The notes under the pieces are model-generated. The model searched no databases and was not told the origin of the DNA. It saw only the letters and a program-made list of their open reading frames with translations. This document shows positions 63,514 to 64,000 of a DNA stretch of 64,000 nucleotides, in pieces. How positions within the stretch are numbered: the first letter of the stretch is position 1; every line of letters begins with the position of its first letter. The translations under genes and the position numbers were made by a program. Source of the DNA: Oscillospiraceae bacterium (GTDB lineage Bacteria > Bacillota > Clostridia > Oscillospirales > CAG-272); assembly GCA_015065285.1 (NCBI GenBank), contig SVQP01000002.1:40209-104208 (forward strand), in the 5' to 3' direction.

Positions 63514-64000
63514 TAAGTCCTTTCGTAGCAACTCGCGCATGATATTCTCACTGCGATGTGCGTCGATGCGCGAATAACTGCCGGCATTCCCGATTTCCAG
63601 CAGCGCTCCCACGTGTGTGTAGCCAAGCACCCTTGGCGGCAGATGCGTGATAAGATCATCAAGATTGCGCACAAGCGTTAATTTCTCCCATCGTTGCCGC
63701 ACCACAGGGGAAAGCACGCCCCACAGCACGCGCGGTGCACCGAATGCAAAGCTTTCAATTTGCTTGCGCAAATCGGGTCTGTGATAGTACACGTATTCAT
63801 GGCACAGCACCGCCAACGCGCCTCCGTGTGAATACCCCACAGTCACCACGCCTTGCAGCCTTGGGTCTGCTATGGCATTGGCTACGTAAGGCTCAAGTGC
63901 TTTCCATACCCGAACAAAGCCGCGGTGCGCCATCCAACTGCCACCGTGATACGGTCGGGCAGGGAAGTCAAGGTTGTTTTTCCAGTCCTCGATACCGTTT
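63511..64000 (-). CDS. class 3 lipase-like alpha/beta hydrolase (N-terminus outside window)
   Basis: The frame stays open upstream of the track ATG to the window edge (...NGIEDWKNNLDFPARPYHGGSWMAHRGF...). Nucleophile elbow GYSHGG. Confidence 0.7.
   Translation of the reverse strand, partial: NGIEDWKNNLDFPARPYHGGSWMAHRGFVRVWKALEPYVANAIADPRLQGVVTVGYSHGGALAVLCHEYVYYHRPDLRKQIESFAFGAPRVLWGVLSPVVRQRWEKLTLVRNLDDLITHLPPRVLGYTHVGALLEIGNAGSYSRIDAHRSENIMRELLRKDL

Overview
This is a 64-kb chromosomal segment of a high-GC Firmicute. Gene content looks like Clostridia/Oscillospirales: split transketolase, WhiA, PcrA, RuvX, a Ddh-type lysine branch behind an L-box, and many sigma-A consensus promoters. The taxon is inference only. 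I call about 58 protein-coding genes, mostly housekeeping. They include an aromatic 2-oxoacid oxidoreductase/aryl-CoA ligase operon (iorAB-paaK-ACT), an mglBAC-like sugar ABC transporter, dapA-dapB-ddh behind a lysine riboswitch, ruvX and split tkt. A long minus-strand cluster runs oxidoreductase-coaE-SLT-aminopeptidase-prfA-tsaC-type IIA topoisomerase A. Also present are murB-whiA-dnaE, a class A PBP, mnmA-trmL, secA and pcrA. I saw no rRNA, tRNA, CRISPR, transposase or integrase genes. The one clear accessory island (about 18.8-23.2 kb) holds two tandem orphan RHS C-terminal toxin/immunity cassettes. They are visibly AT-richer, have glycine-zipper-like CT domains, and are each followed by a small membrane immunity ORF. 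The first cassette has its own consensus promoter and a 9-codon uORF joined to the toxin ORF by an ATGA overlap. The island is bracketed by mosaics of REP/MITE-like hairpin modules, including 114-bp direct repeats. Other items worth a second look: hairpin-rich inserts that duplicate or split intrinsic terminators (11.0 kb and 44.8 kb); a tandem ECF sigma pair with an LRR membrane protein; a Gln/Asn-repeat micro-ORF ahead of pcrA; two uncharacterised polytopic membrane proteins abutting secA; and a 33-codon hydrophobic ORF after the topoisomerase gene. All family assignments come from reading the translations; no database search was possible.
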